Origin: a virus
Lineage: Duplodnaviria > Caudoviricetes
Virus record (IMG/VR): IMGVR_UViG_3300030372_004605
Location: 1 to 33,145 of that record
Strand: one strand, 5' to 3'
Length of the DNA stretch: 33,145 nt
Shown: positions 16,265 through 24,107 of the stretch, piece by piece
Layout: each line of letters begins with the position of its first letter
How positions within the stretch are numbered: the stretch's first letter is position 1
Notes under the pieces: model-generated
What the model was told of the DNA's origin: nothing
The model's database searches: none
The model's input: the letters and a program-made list of their open reading frames with translations, nothing else
Program-made: the position numbers and the translations under genes

Positions 16265-17988
16265 TTGGTATATCTTTCCATTTGTTCTACATCAGTTCCC
16301 AAGGGCAGAGACTTACACCACTCAGGAGGTTCAGACATAATCCTGTTTATATCCTCTGAGGCTTCCTTGGCATTATCTAAGTCGGTTTCAATAACCACTT
16401 CGTCATGCACCCTGAGGATGACATTATGTCCTGCTTTTCGAAGAGCGAGCACTCTGTCCATGAAAACATCCCGGGCAAATGCCTGAGTAGCGTTTTCAAT
16501 AAGTGTACCCTTCCAAAATCTTAATCTCTGCATACGACCACCCCTCGGTATCTCAGCCGACAGTCCTTTCTCCAACTCCACGTTCCGGTATTTCATAGTC
16601 CTTCCGGAGGGGAGTCCAATTTCATAAGTTTCGCCTACAGAACCCCGCATGTCGCGCTCTAAAGCGCCCCACAAAGAAACTAATTTAGGCATCTTAGACC
16701 TAAAAGTACGAACCATCGTAACTGCATCCTCGTACTCAACACCCGTTATAGATGCAAACTTGTTTCCAGACATGGCAAACTGACAACCCAGACTCATTTG
16801 CTTCATTGTGTGCCTCAGTTTTGGGTTTTGGGTTTTGAGTGCACCTGTACCCTTATACATATTAAAAGAACGGGCTTGCGCTTCATACCAGTCCATGCCC
16901 TGTCTAGCCATCTCCAACATTTCAGTTTCCCCAGCTAACCAAGCGGCACAACGAGCTTCGATCTGAGCCAAATCAGACACTAACAGAGTTCTACCAGCCC
17001 CAGCACGTATACAGGAGCGTAAATCCGCACCATACATGCCTCCCCTAGGCATATTTTGGACATTAAAACCTGAATCACCACTATCTCTCCCCGTGTGAGC
17101 CCCAAAATACTTGAGTCCATAAGCTAGACGCCCGTCTTCGACCCTAGAAGACATAGTTATGAACTTTTTCATCAGAGAGTTAGCCCCACGTAAGTCGTGA
17201 GTAGCCACTAACACTTTACCCTCCTCAGGATTGGCTTTTATCCACTCCTGAACTTCGGGGTCATCTTTTGCCATGGAAGACGGGGGCTCTTTACCTTGGG
17301 AGCGACACCAAGCCGCCCATTCTTTGGGCGATAGAGCCCCCGCCTGTTGTTCTGTCCACGGCAAGACATCAATAGAATCAAAAATTTTACGAGACAGAAC
17401 CTGTATTGCCTTTTCCATCTCCTCTTCGTCCACTGGTACGCCCTCCCAACACATTCTTGTCGTTTCCTGAGAGAGTTCTCTCTCCCAAGAAGGCCATTCA
17501 TCACTTTCCTTCTCCCAGAGACACGCACAACCTTTAGCATCAAATAACGCGTATTGAGCAAGTTCCATCTTTTCCTCTTTGTCCAGTTCATTGAACTGAC
17601 GACCTTTCATGTTATCCCTAACCTCTTTAGACATCACGACCCCTAACGAATGTTTAAGGGACTCTTTAAGTGACCGGGGGTAACCAGAGTAAGCAGACAT
17701 ATCTGCAGTGCAGTGCCACTCTGAAAAATTAGTTTGAGGTATTATACCCTCATTGATCAAATGTTCGTGTACAGGCTGATCAAAGCTCCTGTTATGGGAT
17801 AAGGCTACCGCACCATCCAGTTTTTCCCAAGGAGCATCTTTTGGGTGACCTACCCAAGCGAAATTATCTCCACAGTAAATAGACACCATGTAGGCATCAA
17901 AGTTGTCGTGCTTTAGGTAGTTGTTGAGCCCATTAGTTATAGAGCAGTCTTTATCGTAGTAGGTTTCGTAGTCTATTCCTGCAAACAT
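16261..17988 (-). CDS. polA: Family A DNA polymerase with 3'-5' exonuclease
   Basis: Exo I IDYET, Exo II HNRSFD and Exo III YALFD. HTGR motif, motif A DLAQIEAR, motif B R-x3-K-x3-LG and motif C VHDEV. Confidence 0.95.
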   Translation of the reverse strand: MFAGIDYETYYDKDCSITNGLNNYLKHDNFDAYMVSIYCGDNFAWVGHPKDAPWEKLDGAVALSHNRSFDQPVHEHLINEGIIPQTNFSEWHCTADMSAYSGYPRSLKESLKHSLGVVMSKEVRDNMKGRQFNELDKEEKMELAQYALFDAKGCACLWEKESDEWPSWERELSQETTRMCWEGVPVDEEEMEKAIQVLSRKIFDSIDVLPWTEQQAGALSPKEWAAWCRSQGKEPPSSMAKDDPEVQEWIKANPEEGKVLVATHDLRGANSLMKKFITMSSRVEDGRLAYGLKYFGAHTGRDSGDSGFNVQNMPRGGMYGADLRSCIRAGAGRTLLVSDLAQIEARCAAWLAGETEMLEMARQGMDWYEAQARSFNMYKGTGALKTQNPKLRHTMKQMSLGCQFAMSGNKFASITGVEYEDAVTMVRTFRSKMPKLVSLWGALERDMRGSVGETYEIGLPSGRTMKYRNVELEKGLSAEIPRGGRMQRLRFWKGTLIENATQAFARDVFMDRVLALRKAGHNVILRVHDEVVIETDLDNAKEASEDINRIMSEPPEWCKSLPLGTDVEQMERYTK

Positions 17989-18045
17989 AATGGGCTTGTT
18001 ACCTTACCATCTAAATTTTTGTACGAGATTATTTATTTTTCATTT

Positions 18046-18196
18046 GTAGAGAAGGGAGATGTTGGATGTTCAATGTAGGAAAGGATATACCTAGCAAAAC
18101 TTACCCGGCCCGGAGATCTCCTCCGGTTCCTATTTCCAACACCTCCCTCGCCTCCGAGTGTTCGGCTAACTGAACACTCGGGGGTGACCTTTCTAC
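18046..18196 (-). ncRNA. Multibranch structured intergenic element upstream of the DNA polymerase gene
   Basis: 14-bp stem 18053-18066 / 18135-18148 encloses 18076-18081 / 18127-18132 and hairpin 18110-18126. A 14-bp hairpin lies at 18152-18183. Confidence 0.55.
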
Positions 18197-18993
18197 TTAA
18201 TGCTTTCGACAAACTTAAGTTCCCCTTCACTCAAGCGACCAGCGCGTTTCATTGAAGGAGTGAACCATGAAACATCACCCTCCGTGCGGAGTTTTGATGT
18301 AAGGTTCCAAGCTGTCGTCCACACGCCTTGACCCTTGGCAAATGTCGCGTATGTGGCGATTTCCTTTGCTGTAGGTTTGTATGCCGACTTAGACGCCGTG
18401 TAGATAGCCATAGCGTAGTATTTCCCGTCATTTTCATACGGGAACAGTTCCAGAGCATCTTCTTCAAGACCCTCAGGAGCTTCCACTAACATTGTAATAT
18501 GTGCAATAGGTCTGCACATGTTAGTAGAACCCCACTCTAGCGAGTATCCTGCTGAGTAGACTTCTTCCTCAGTATTAAATACTTTGGGGAGTTCTTCAGA
18601 ACCCCAGTCCACATCTTCCTGAAATTGCTTAACCATGGCAGTAACAATAACCCTCAAAGGTTTATCCTTGAGAGTTAACATAGCTTCCTTGTTAAGAACA
18701 ATAGCCCCCGGAGTAAATCCCTCGTCCACAAGAGCAGATGTCTTGGCAACAATGTTAATCCTAGGGAGGTTAATGTCAGACTGATCGAAATCACCAGCCA
18801 AGCCAGCGTCGTTCAGTTGTTGGTCAGTTATAGCAAGTTCACCTCTGTCGGATTCCTGCACTATAAGACCTTCTTCAGGTTGCTCAATAGAAGCAACCTC
18901 TACTTCTTTAACAGCCGCCTTTTTAGTAGCTGTTTTCTTTGATGGGCTCTTATTACCCTTTTCTTCCATTTCTGCGAATGATGTTTTAGCCAT
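18193..18993 (-). CDS. Putative ssDNA-binding / annealing protein
   Basis: Lies between the nuclease and polymerase genes. 'D..DI.LPRI.IV..TS....G..PG' N-terminal pattern and an aromatic beta-rich C-terminus (SWFTP) are typical of phage SSB-like proteins. Confidence 0.6.
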   Translation of the reverse strand: MAKTSFAEMEEKGNKSPSKKTATKKAAVKEVEVASIEQPEEGLIVQESDRGELAITDQQLNDAGLAGDFDQSDINLPRINIVAKTSALVDEGFTPGAIVLNKEAMLTLKDKPLRVIVTAMVKQFQEDVDWGSEELPKVFNTEEEVYSAGYSLEWGSTNMCRPIAHITMLVEAPEGLEEDALELFPYENDGKYYAMAIYTASKSAYKPTAKEIATYATFAKGQGVWTTAWNLTSKLRTEGDVSWFTPSMKRAGRLSEGELKFVESIK

Positions 18994-19043
18994 TTTTCTT
19001 AATGTATTTTTTGTTTATTATTTTTGTTTTAGTTTGTTTTATC

Positions 19044-19124
19044 GGAGGAAGTGCGGATAACGGTGGGGGTTTTGTGCCCCCGCTATGTGCGACGGAGACA
19101 CCCCGAGTCATCCACACTTCCCCC
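19044..19124 (-). promoter_or_regulatory. Three-way-junction RNA element in the SSB leader
   Basis: An 18-bp stem is fully paired on the minus strand (3 of its pairs are internal G-U wobbles that are A-C on plus) and encloses two small hairpins. Confidence 0.6.
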
Positions 19125-19128
19125 AAAT

Positions 19129-21609
19129 TTATTTTATTTCAGATAAGTATTGCGAGTCCTTACCTGTTTCCACCGCGCCCAGTTTATAGAGTTCTGACAT
19201 TACTTCTGCCACCTTCTCTTTCTTCTGGCCCCGGGGGGTCATATCAGACACCAACTTCTCCAGTTTGCCAACTGGAAATTTGTCAATTCCATCTAAAAAG
19301 TCTTCTACATTTACCATATCCTTTATAACCCCGTATGCGGCCAATGCTGAGGTTATAGAACGCCTTCCACGCCTTTCCTTGACTTCGAACCCCGGAACGT
19401 CCACGCCCTCCTCTATGGCCAAATTACGAGCCGCAAACTCCACTCCAGAAGCCCATTTACGGACAATAGGCACTACCCTCAACATTTTAGCAAGTTCCTC
19501 CGGGTCATCACAGAAGCTACCGTGAACCTGTTCGGGCATTGGAAGAAAGTTTTCCTCTCCCGGAGCGTATTTAATCGCTGTTTCAGCCGCAAGCTTAGCT
19601 AGAGAAGGGCATTTACCAGCATTCTTACAGTAGTTACATATTTTTGTTTGAGGGATAAGAAGAGATGGGTCTGCTTTAGAGAAACAAGCTCTAATCTCTT
19701 TAGCTCTTTGTATTACACCAGAAATGGCATGAATGATTTCATCAACGTCATCCCTAGTAAATGTGTGGAATAAAATCTCATCTCTACGGCAAGCTATGAA
19801 GTAAAAGTGTATTGTATCTAGCTGAGGGAATCTTTGAAAGGCTCCCAGAGCATATGCCTTGGCTTGCCAGTTATCTTGAGGCTCATCCACAGCACCTTGA
19901 CCAGTCTTATAGTCTATTTGAACCGCCTCGGTTCCGTTAACTGTAAGTCTGTCACAAGTTCCAAAGGTTTCCTCACCATCTTGAAGTGTCATAGTCAACC
20001 TAATCTCCTTAAAGTCTTCCAGTTCACTAAAGTCTACATACCCATGTTTATTGAATATAGCATCCTCGGCGTTGCGACACCCCTGAGCCAAAGAAGACTC
20101 ATAGTCGTTTAATCCTGACCAATCACCAGTTTCGAGGGCTTCATGGATACGCGTCCCCATTTCTGCGGCGGGGTTAGTGCCGCTTTCTCCTTCATAGCCC
20201 GGACAATGAGCAGACATCTTAATAGAAGACGGCCCAAATTCAGCGTGAGCTTCCTCCTCGTCTACCACGGGAGCTTTCTTTGTTTCTTTAGCGGTTTTTG
20301 ACATAGACGTATTATGTACGACATTTTGCGAATGAAGCAACTTTAAATTTTCAATTTTTGACATCATTGATGTAACTATCTTAGCCTCAATAGTTCCCTC
20401 AGCTACTAAAATTCTTTGGACGCTTTTGGACATACCCCCAAGTCTATCTACCCTCCCAAGACATTGGTGGAACTCTTTAGCATTATAAGTGGGGCTTATT
20501 AATGCAGTTCTAGGGGAATCACCCGAGGTATCGTGAAGACTAACTCCCACACCTCCCGCGGCTATATTACATATAATTACTCCCACCTTACCAGTCTGAA
20601 AGGCTTTAATGGCTGAGTCCCTTACATCCTTCGATTGACCTCCTTGGATGAATGTGTGGTTTTCACTTATTCTGCGTGATAAGGCATCTATGGAGTCTGT
20701 GAAATTAAGAAAAACCGCGACAGATTCCCCCGCTTCCCTAGCCTCTGTAATCATGTCAGCAATGTCCGGGACTTTTAAAAGCTCTATTTCCTGCCTTAGT
20801 CTGAGTATCTTTGTCAGAACTATTGGTTCATCCCCATCCCCATCCTTACGAGCCTCCAATTTAGCTATTTCGGGTTCTAAATCCTTAAAAACAGTTTTAA
20901 GCTTCGATTTCTTACTAAACCGTATAGGATCCGTGATTATCCTAGTTGTCTGAAAGTGGTCCCCCAGATCCTCTCTAGTAAGTTTATGCCCCCTCAGCGG
21001 GTATATAAGTTTATTTAGTTCCTTTAGTTTTCCCCGGTTCCTTTCTGGGAACAGAAGAGAGTTCCACCTGTCAAATTCACAACCCCAGTGCTGTGCCCAT
21101 TGCCAGTAGTTACTTAAATTATGAAGGTCTAACGCATACCCCAAAGCCCTCATTTCTCTGGGATCTTCTGCGGCTGTTGCCGACAAAAGGAGAGTTTTAT
21201 ACCCCTGCTTTTTAGCCGCTATCAACATGTTAGCGTTCAAAGTCCTAACACCTTTAGCCTTATGGCATTCATCAAATATTAGTAGAGAAGTATCTGGAGC
21301 TAAGTTCTTCCATTGAAAACCCCTCTTACCTTTCCGGGCTACCCAGTTAGTATTACCTGTACGAAGTTTTTCCCAGTTATAAACTGAGTATTCCTCAACT
21401 CCCTGACCATCAAGGGTTGTTTCCCACGCCGCTATTACCGTTTTCGGGCAAACCACGAACGGGGTAAGGCCCAACGTTTTAGCGATTTCGACGGCTTTAA
21501 GTGTTTTACCTGTGCCGGTGTCGGAAGAGTCCAGTGCGGCCTTGTAATTTTTAACGGCTTCGACAAGTGCGTTATGAGACTTTAGTTGAGCTGGATAGAG
21601 TTTTAGCAC
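19129..21609 (-). CDS. SF2 (SNF2-like) helicase fused to a Cas4/AddB-like PD-(D/E)xK nuclease (DUF2800-like)
   Basis: Helicase motifs DTGTGKT, DECH, SAT, AGGVGVSL and QCLGRVDRLG. Nuclease motifs H..GPSS, C, GTRIHEALE, GTCD, IDYKTG, WQAKAY and CNYC-x5-CP. Confidence 0.9.
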   Translation of the reverse strand: MLKLYPAQLKSHNALVEAVKNYKAALDSSDTGTGKTLKAVEIAKTLGLTPFVVCPKTVIAAWETTLDGQGVEEYSVYNWEKLRTGNTNWVARKGKRGFQWKNLAPDTSLLIFDECHKAKGVRTLNANMLIAAKKQGYKTLLLSATAAEDPREMRALGYALDLHNLSNYWQWAQHWGCEFDRWNSLLFPERNRGKLKELNKLIYPLRGHKLTREDLGDHFQTTRIITDPIRFSKKSKLKTVFKDLEPEIAKLEARKDGDGDEPIVLTKILRLRQEIELLKVPDIADMITEAREAGESVAVFLNFTDSIDALSRRISENHTFIQGGQSKDVRDSAIKAFQTGKVGVIICNIAAGGVGVSLHDTSGDSPRTALISPTYNAKEFHQCLGRVDRLGGMSKSVQRILVAEGTIEAKIVTSMMSKIENLKLLHSQNVVHNTSMSKTAKETKKAPVVDEEEAHAEFGPSSIKMSAHCPGYEGESGTNPAAEMGTRIHEALETGDWSGLNDYESSLAQGCRNAEDAIFNKHGYVDFSELEDFKEIRLTMTLQDGEETFGTCDRLTVNGTEAVQIDYKTGQGAVDEPQDNWQAKAYALGAFQRFPQLDTIHFYFIACRRDEILFHTFTRDDVDEIIHAISGVIQRAKEIRACFSKADPSLLIPQTKICNYCKNAGKCPSLAKLAAETAIKYAPGEENFLPMPEQVHGSFCDDPEELAKMLRVVPIVRKWASGVEFAARNLAIEEGVDVPGFEVKERRGRRSITSALAAYGVIKDMVNVEDFLDGIDKFPVGKLEKLVSDMTPRGQKKEKVAEVMSELYKLGAVETGKDSQYLSEIK

Positions 21610-22027
21610 CGTAGTAAGCTATTAAAGCCGCGTCACAAGTTTTTAGGGTCCACTTTATATTGGGGAATAGTCTACCCGCCATGTCCTTTAGAGCCGCTTT
21701 TCGTTTGGTTTTTTCTTTTATTTGAGGAACTCCCAGCCCCCTCTGCCATTTTTGGGGAAGAACTTCGTGCAAAGGTATTTTTAAAGTTCGTATAACCCCC
21801 CTTTCGAAGCCGTAGTTCTGTGCGAATTTCCATGTTGAAGCCACCCCCTGTCCCGGGAATGCGTTTACTTTTTCTATAAATGCCGCGTCTACCCCGTCTT
21901 GGGCTAGTTCTTCGACATTATCTATAAAATCTTGTTCTGAGACGTAAAGACCTATACAAATAGGCTTTAGGTCTTCCATTAAGACCAGACCCCCTCCTAC
22001 ACCCGGATCAACCCCTAAGACTCTCAT
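21572..22027 (-). CDS. RuvC-like Holliday junction resolvase
   Basis: LGVDPG, FIEKV, PQKWQ and DAALIA motifs. Confidence 0.85.
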   Translation of the reverse strand: MRVLGVDPGVGGGLVLMEDLKPICIGLYVSEQDFIDNVEELAQDGVDAAFIEKVNAFPGQGVASTWKFAQNYGFERGVIRTLKIPLHEVLPQKWQRGLGVPQIKEKTKRKAALKDMAGRLFPNIKWTLKTCDAALIAYYGAKTLSSSTKVS

Positions 22028-22283
22028 TAATCATTTTAGGGATTAAAGATGCTACGCTAGTTTCTTTATTAGAGGCCTTTTTCTCTAGTTTCTTATAAGT
22101 TTTTCGGTCAACTTCTATAGTCATAGGAACTGATTCCCCCGCTACCCCTTCTACAAGGTCTGTAACTACTTGACTTAGTGAACTACCTATATTTTTAGCG
22201 TAGTCTTTACCTAGAATTACGGTCTTCTGAGGCATATATAGCGTAACTTTAATTGGATCTTTGATACTTCCGGTTCGTGGCAT
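22008..22283 (-). CDS. Tandem ribbon-helix-helix (CopG/Arc-like) DNA-binding protein
   Basis: Two RHH-like units, KVTLYMP..YAKNIGSSLSQVVTDLV and MTIEVDRKTYKKLEKKASNKETSVASLI. First gene of the replication operon. Confidence 0.65.
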   Translation of the reverse strand: MPRTGSIKDPIKVTLYMPQKTVILGKDYAKNIGSSLSQVVTDLVEGVAGESVPMTIEVDRKTYKKLEKKASNKETSVASLIPKMINESLRG

Positions 22284-22287
22284 AGGG

Positions 22288-22339
22288 GTATTTAATACAT
22301 CTAATTGGAAGTGGCAACTAAAAAATTATGGTGTAGTAT
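22288..22339. promoter_or_regulatory. Divergent promoter region (replication vs morphogenesis) with a GTATTTAATAC palindrome
   Basis: TGGCAA (22312-22317)-N16-TAGTAT (22334-22339) rightward. The same hexamer reads TTGCCA leftward. Palindrome at 22288-22298. Confidence 0.55.
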
Positions 22340-22344
22340 ATTTC

Positions 22345-24078
22345 GTGGCTATATCAAAATACGGTTTTCAATTTCCCGCAGGAACGAATGATGTAACTAT
22401 AGAGTTACATGCTTTTTTACATGATCGGAGCCCCGAACAAGGAGGCTTAGGTAAGTTTGAACATTTCAGGAATGCGGTAGATCTTTTGTGGAACAATCCT
22501 GAAAAACCAGTATCTCGTAATTTTATTTGGTCACCTTGGGCTGAAGACATGATTTATGAGGCCTGCGAAAACCAATACTTGTCTATTGCCGGATGCGCCT
22601 CTTCAGGAAAATCCGACACTATGGCCTTGTGGGGGATTATTAATTATTTGGCGGACCCTTATAATACTTTGATTATAGCCACTTCAACCACCTTGCGGGA
22701 AGCTAGAAGACGTATTTGGAAATCTATTACAGAGATGTGGACAGCGGTTCCCGGTCTTCCCGGTAAGTTAGTCCCATCACTAGGGCAGATTAAAGGTCTA
22801 TCCAAGAATGGAGGGTTTTGGGAATCCACAGGGATCGTCCTCGTTCCTGCTGAGAAACGTAAGGAAAAAGAGGCCATCGGTAAGCTGGTTGGCATAAAAA
22901 TGAAGCGTTTAATCCTTTTGGCCGACGAGCTTCCCGAGCTTCCCGAGAGCTTGGTCCACGCGGCATACACTAACCTCAGCACCAACCCATTCTTTCAGAT
23001 GATAGGGTTGGGTAACCCTAATTCTCATTTCGACGCTTTTGGAGTGTTTTCCGCACCCGCTTCGGGGTGGGGCACTGTCACCGAGAATGATTCCGAGTGG
23101 GATACATCTAGAGGAAAGTGCATCCGATTTAATGCAGAAGAAAACCCTAATGTGTTAGCGGGCAGACAAGTGTACCCATGGATGCCTTCCAGAGAGACAG
23201 TAGAAGCCGCTAAAAGAGACTACGGGGAGAATTCTCTTCTGTATTACCGTATGTATAAGGGTTTTTGGTGTCCAGATGGAGTGGATAGTGGCGTCTACTC
23301 GGAAGCCGACCTTATACGAGGTGTAGCTTCTAACAAGGCTAGGTTTGATAAAACTCCTGTTAAAGTGGCCGCAATAGACCCTTCTTTTACCAATGGAGGA
23401 GATAGATCTATAGTTTTCTTTGGGCGTTTGGGGGAAGAAGATGGGATTCAAGTTCTCCAATTCGACAAATATGAAATTTTAAGCGAGGACATAAACGATA
23501 AAAACACCCCTAGATCTGTACAAATAGCCCGTAAGTTTAAGCAGGCTTGTGTTAAAGAAGGAGTTTTACCTCAAAATGCCGCGTGTGATGCCACAGGAGC
23601 GGGAGGACCTTTCCATGATATAGTCAGTGTCGAGTGGTCCCCCCAAGTACTAGCAGTCAATTTTGCAGGAAAAGCATCAGAAAGACCTGTATCCGCTACC
23701 GACAAAACTCCGGGGCATGAAAGATACGTTAACCGTATGTCAGAGATATGGTACCAAGGTCAGGAGCTACTGAGGTCACGACAGTTAAGAGGAATATTTA
23801 ATGACTTAGCCAAAGAAATGGTGGGGCGCAGATATTTAACTAGTGGCACCTCTGTTAAGATTAGGGTTGAGTCTAAGATTGACTTTAAAGCTCGCGTAGG
23901 AAAGTCTCCCGATATAGCTGACGCGGCCTTTATTTTAATTGATTTGTGTAGATCTAGGCACGGGTTTATGGGAGGTGAACGTTTTTCAGTAAACGCGGAC
24001 AGGCAGAAAACATGGGCTAATAAAATGAAGTCCTTTGACGTAGCTTCTGCTTCTCACAGAACTCTCCTTGATACTTAG
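22345..24078 (+). CDS. terL: Terminase large subunit
   Basis: Walker A GCASSGKS, Walker B ILLADE, coupling motif GLGNP, and RNase H-fold AIDPS, CDATG and SPDIADA. In-frame GTG at 22345 is preferred over TTG 22261, which overlaps the divergent gene. Confidence 0.93.
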   Translation: MAISKYGFQFPAGTNDVTIELHAFLHDRSPEQGGLGKFEHFRNAVDLLWNNPEKPVSRNFIWSPWAEDMIYEACENQYLSIAGCASSGKSDTMALWGIINYLADPYNTLIIATSTTLREARRRIWKSITEMWTAVPGLPGKLVPSLGQIKGLSKNGGFWESTGIVLVPAEKRKEKEAIGKLVGIKMKRLILLADELPELPESLVHAAYTNLSTNPFFQMIGLGNPNSHFDAFGVFSAPASGWGTVTENDSEWDTSRGKCIRFNAEENPNVLAGRQVYPWMPSRETVEAAKRDYGENSLLYYRMYKGFWCPDGVDSGVYSEADLIRGVASNKARFDKTPVKVAAIDPSFTNGGDRSIVFFGRLGEEDGIQVLQFDKYEILSEDINDKNTPRSVQIARKFKQACVKEGVLPQNAACDATGAGGPFHDIVSVEWSPQVLAVNFAGKASERPVSATDKTPGHERYVNRMSEIWYQGQELLRSRQLRGIFNDLAKEMVGRRYLTSGTSVKIRVESKIDFKARVGKSPDIADAAFILIDLCRSRHGFMGGERFSVNADRQKTWANKMKSFDVASASHRTLLDT

Positions 24079-24107
24079 TCTGCAACGTGGCAAATTAGTA
24101 GATTATT

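Noticed and set aside
22261-22344. N-terminal extension of TerL from TTG 22261 (similar extensions at 3855, 755, 9887, 12825 and 32820)
   Set aside because: Each overlaps a neighbouring gene, promoter or hairpin region, or lacks a good start context. Downstream in-frame starts fit the gene tiling better.
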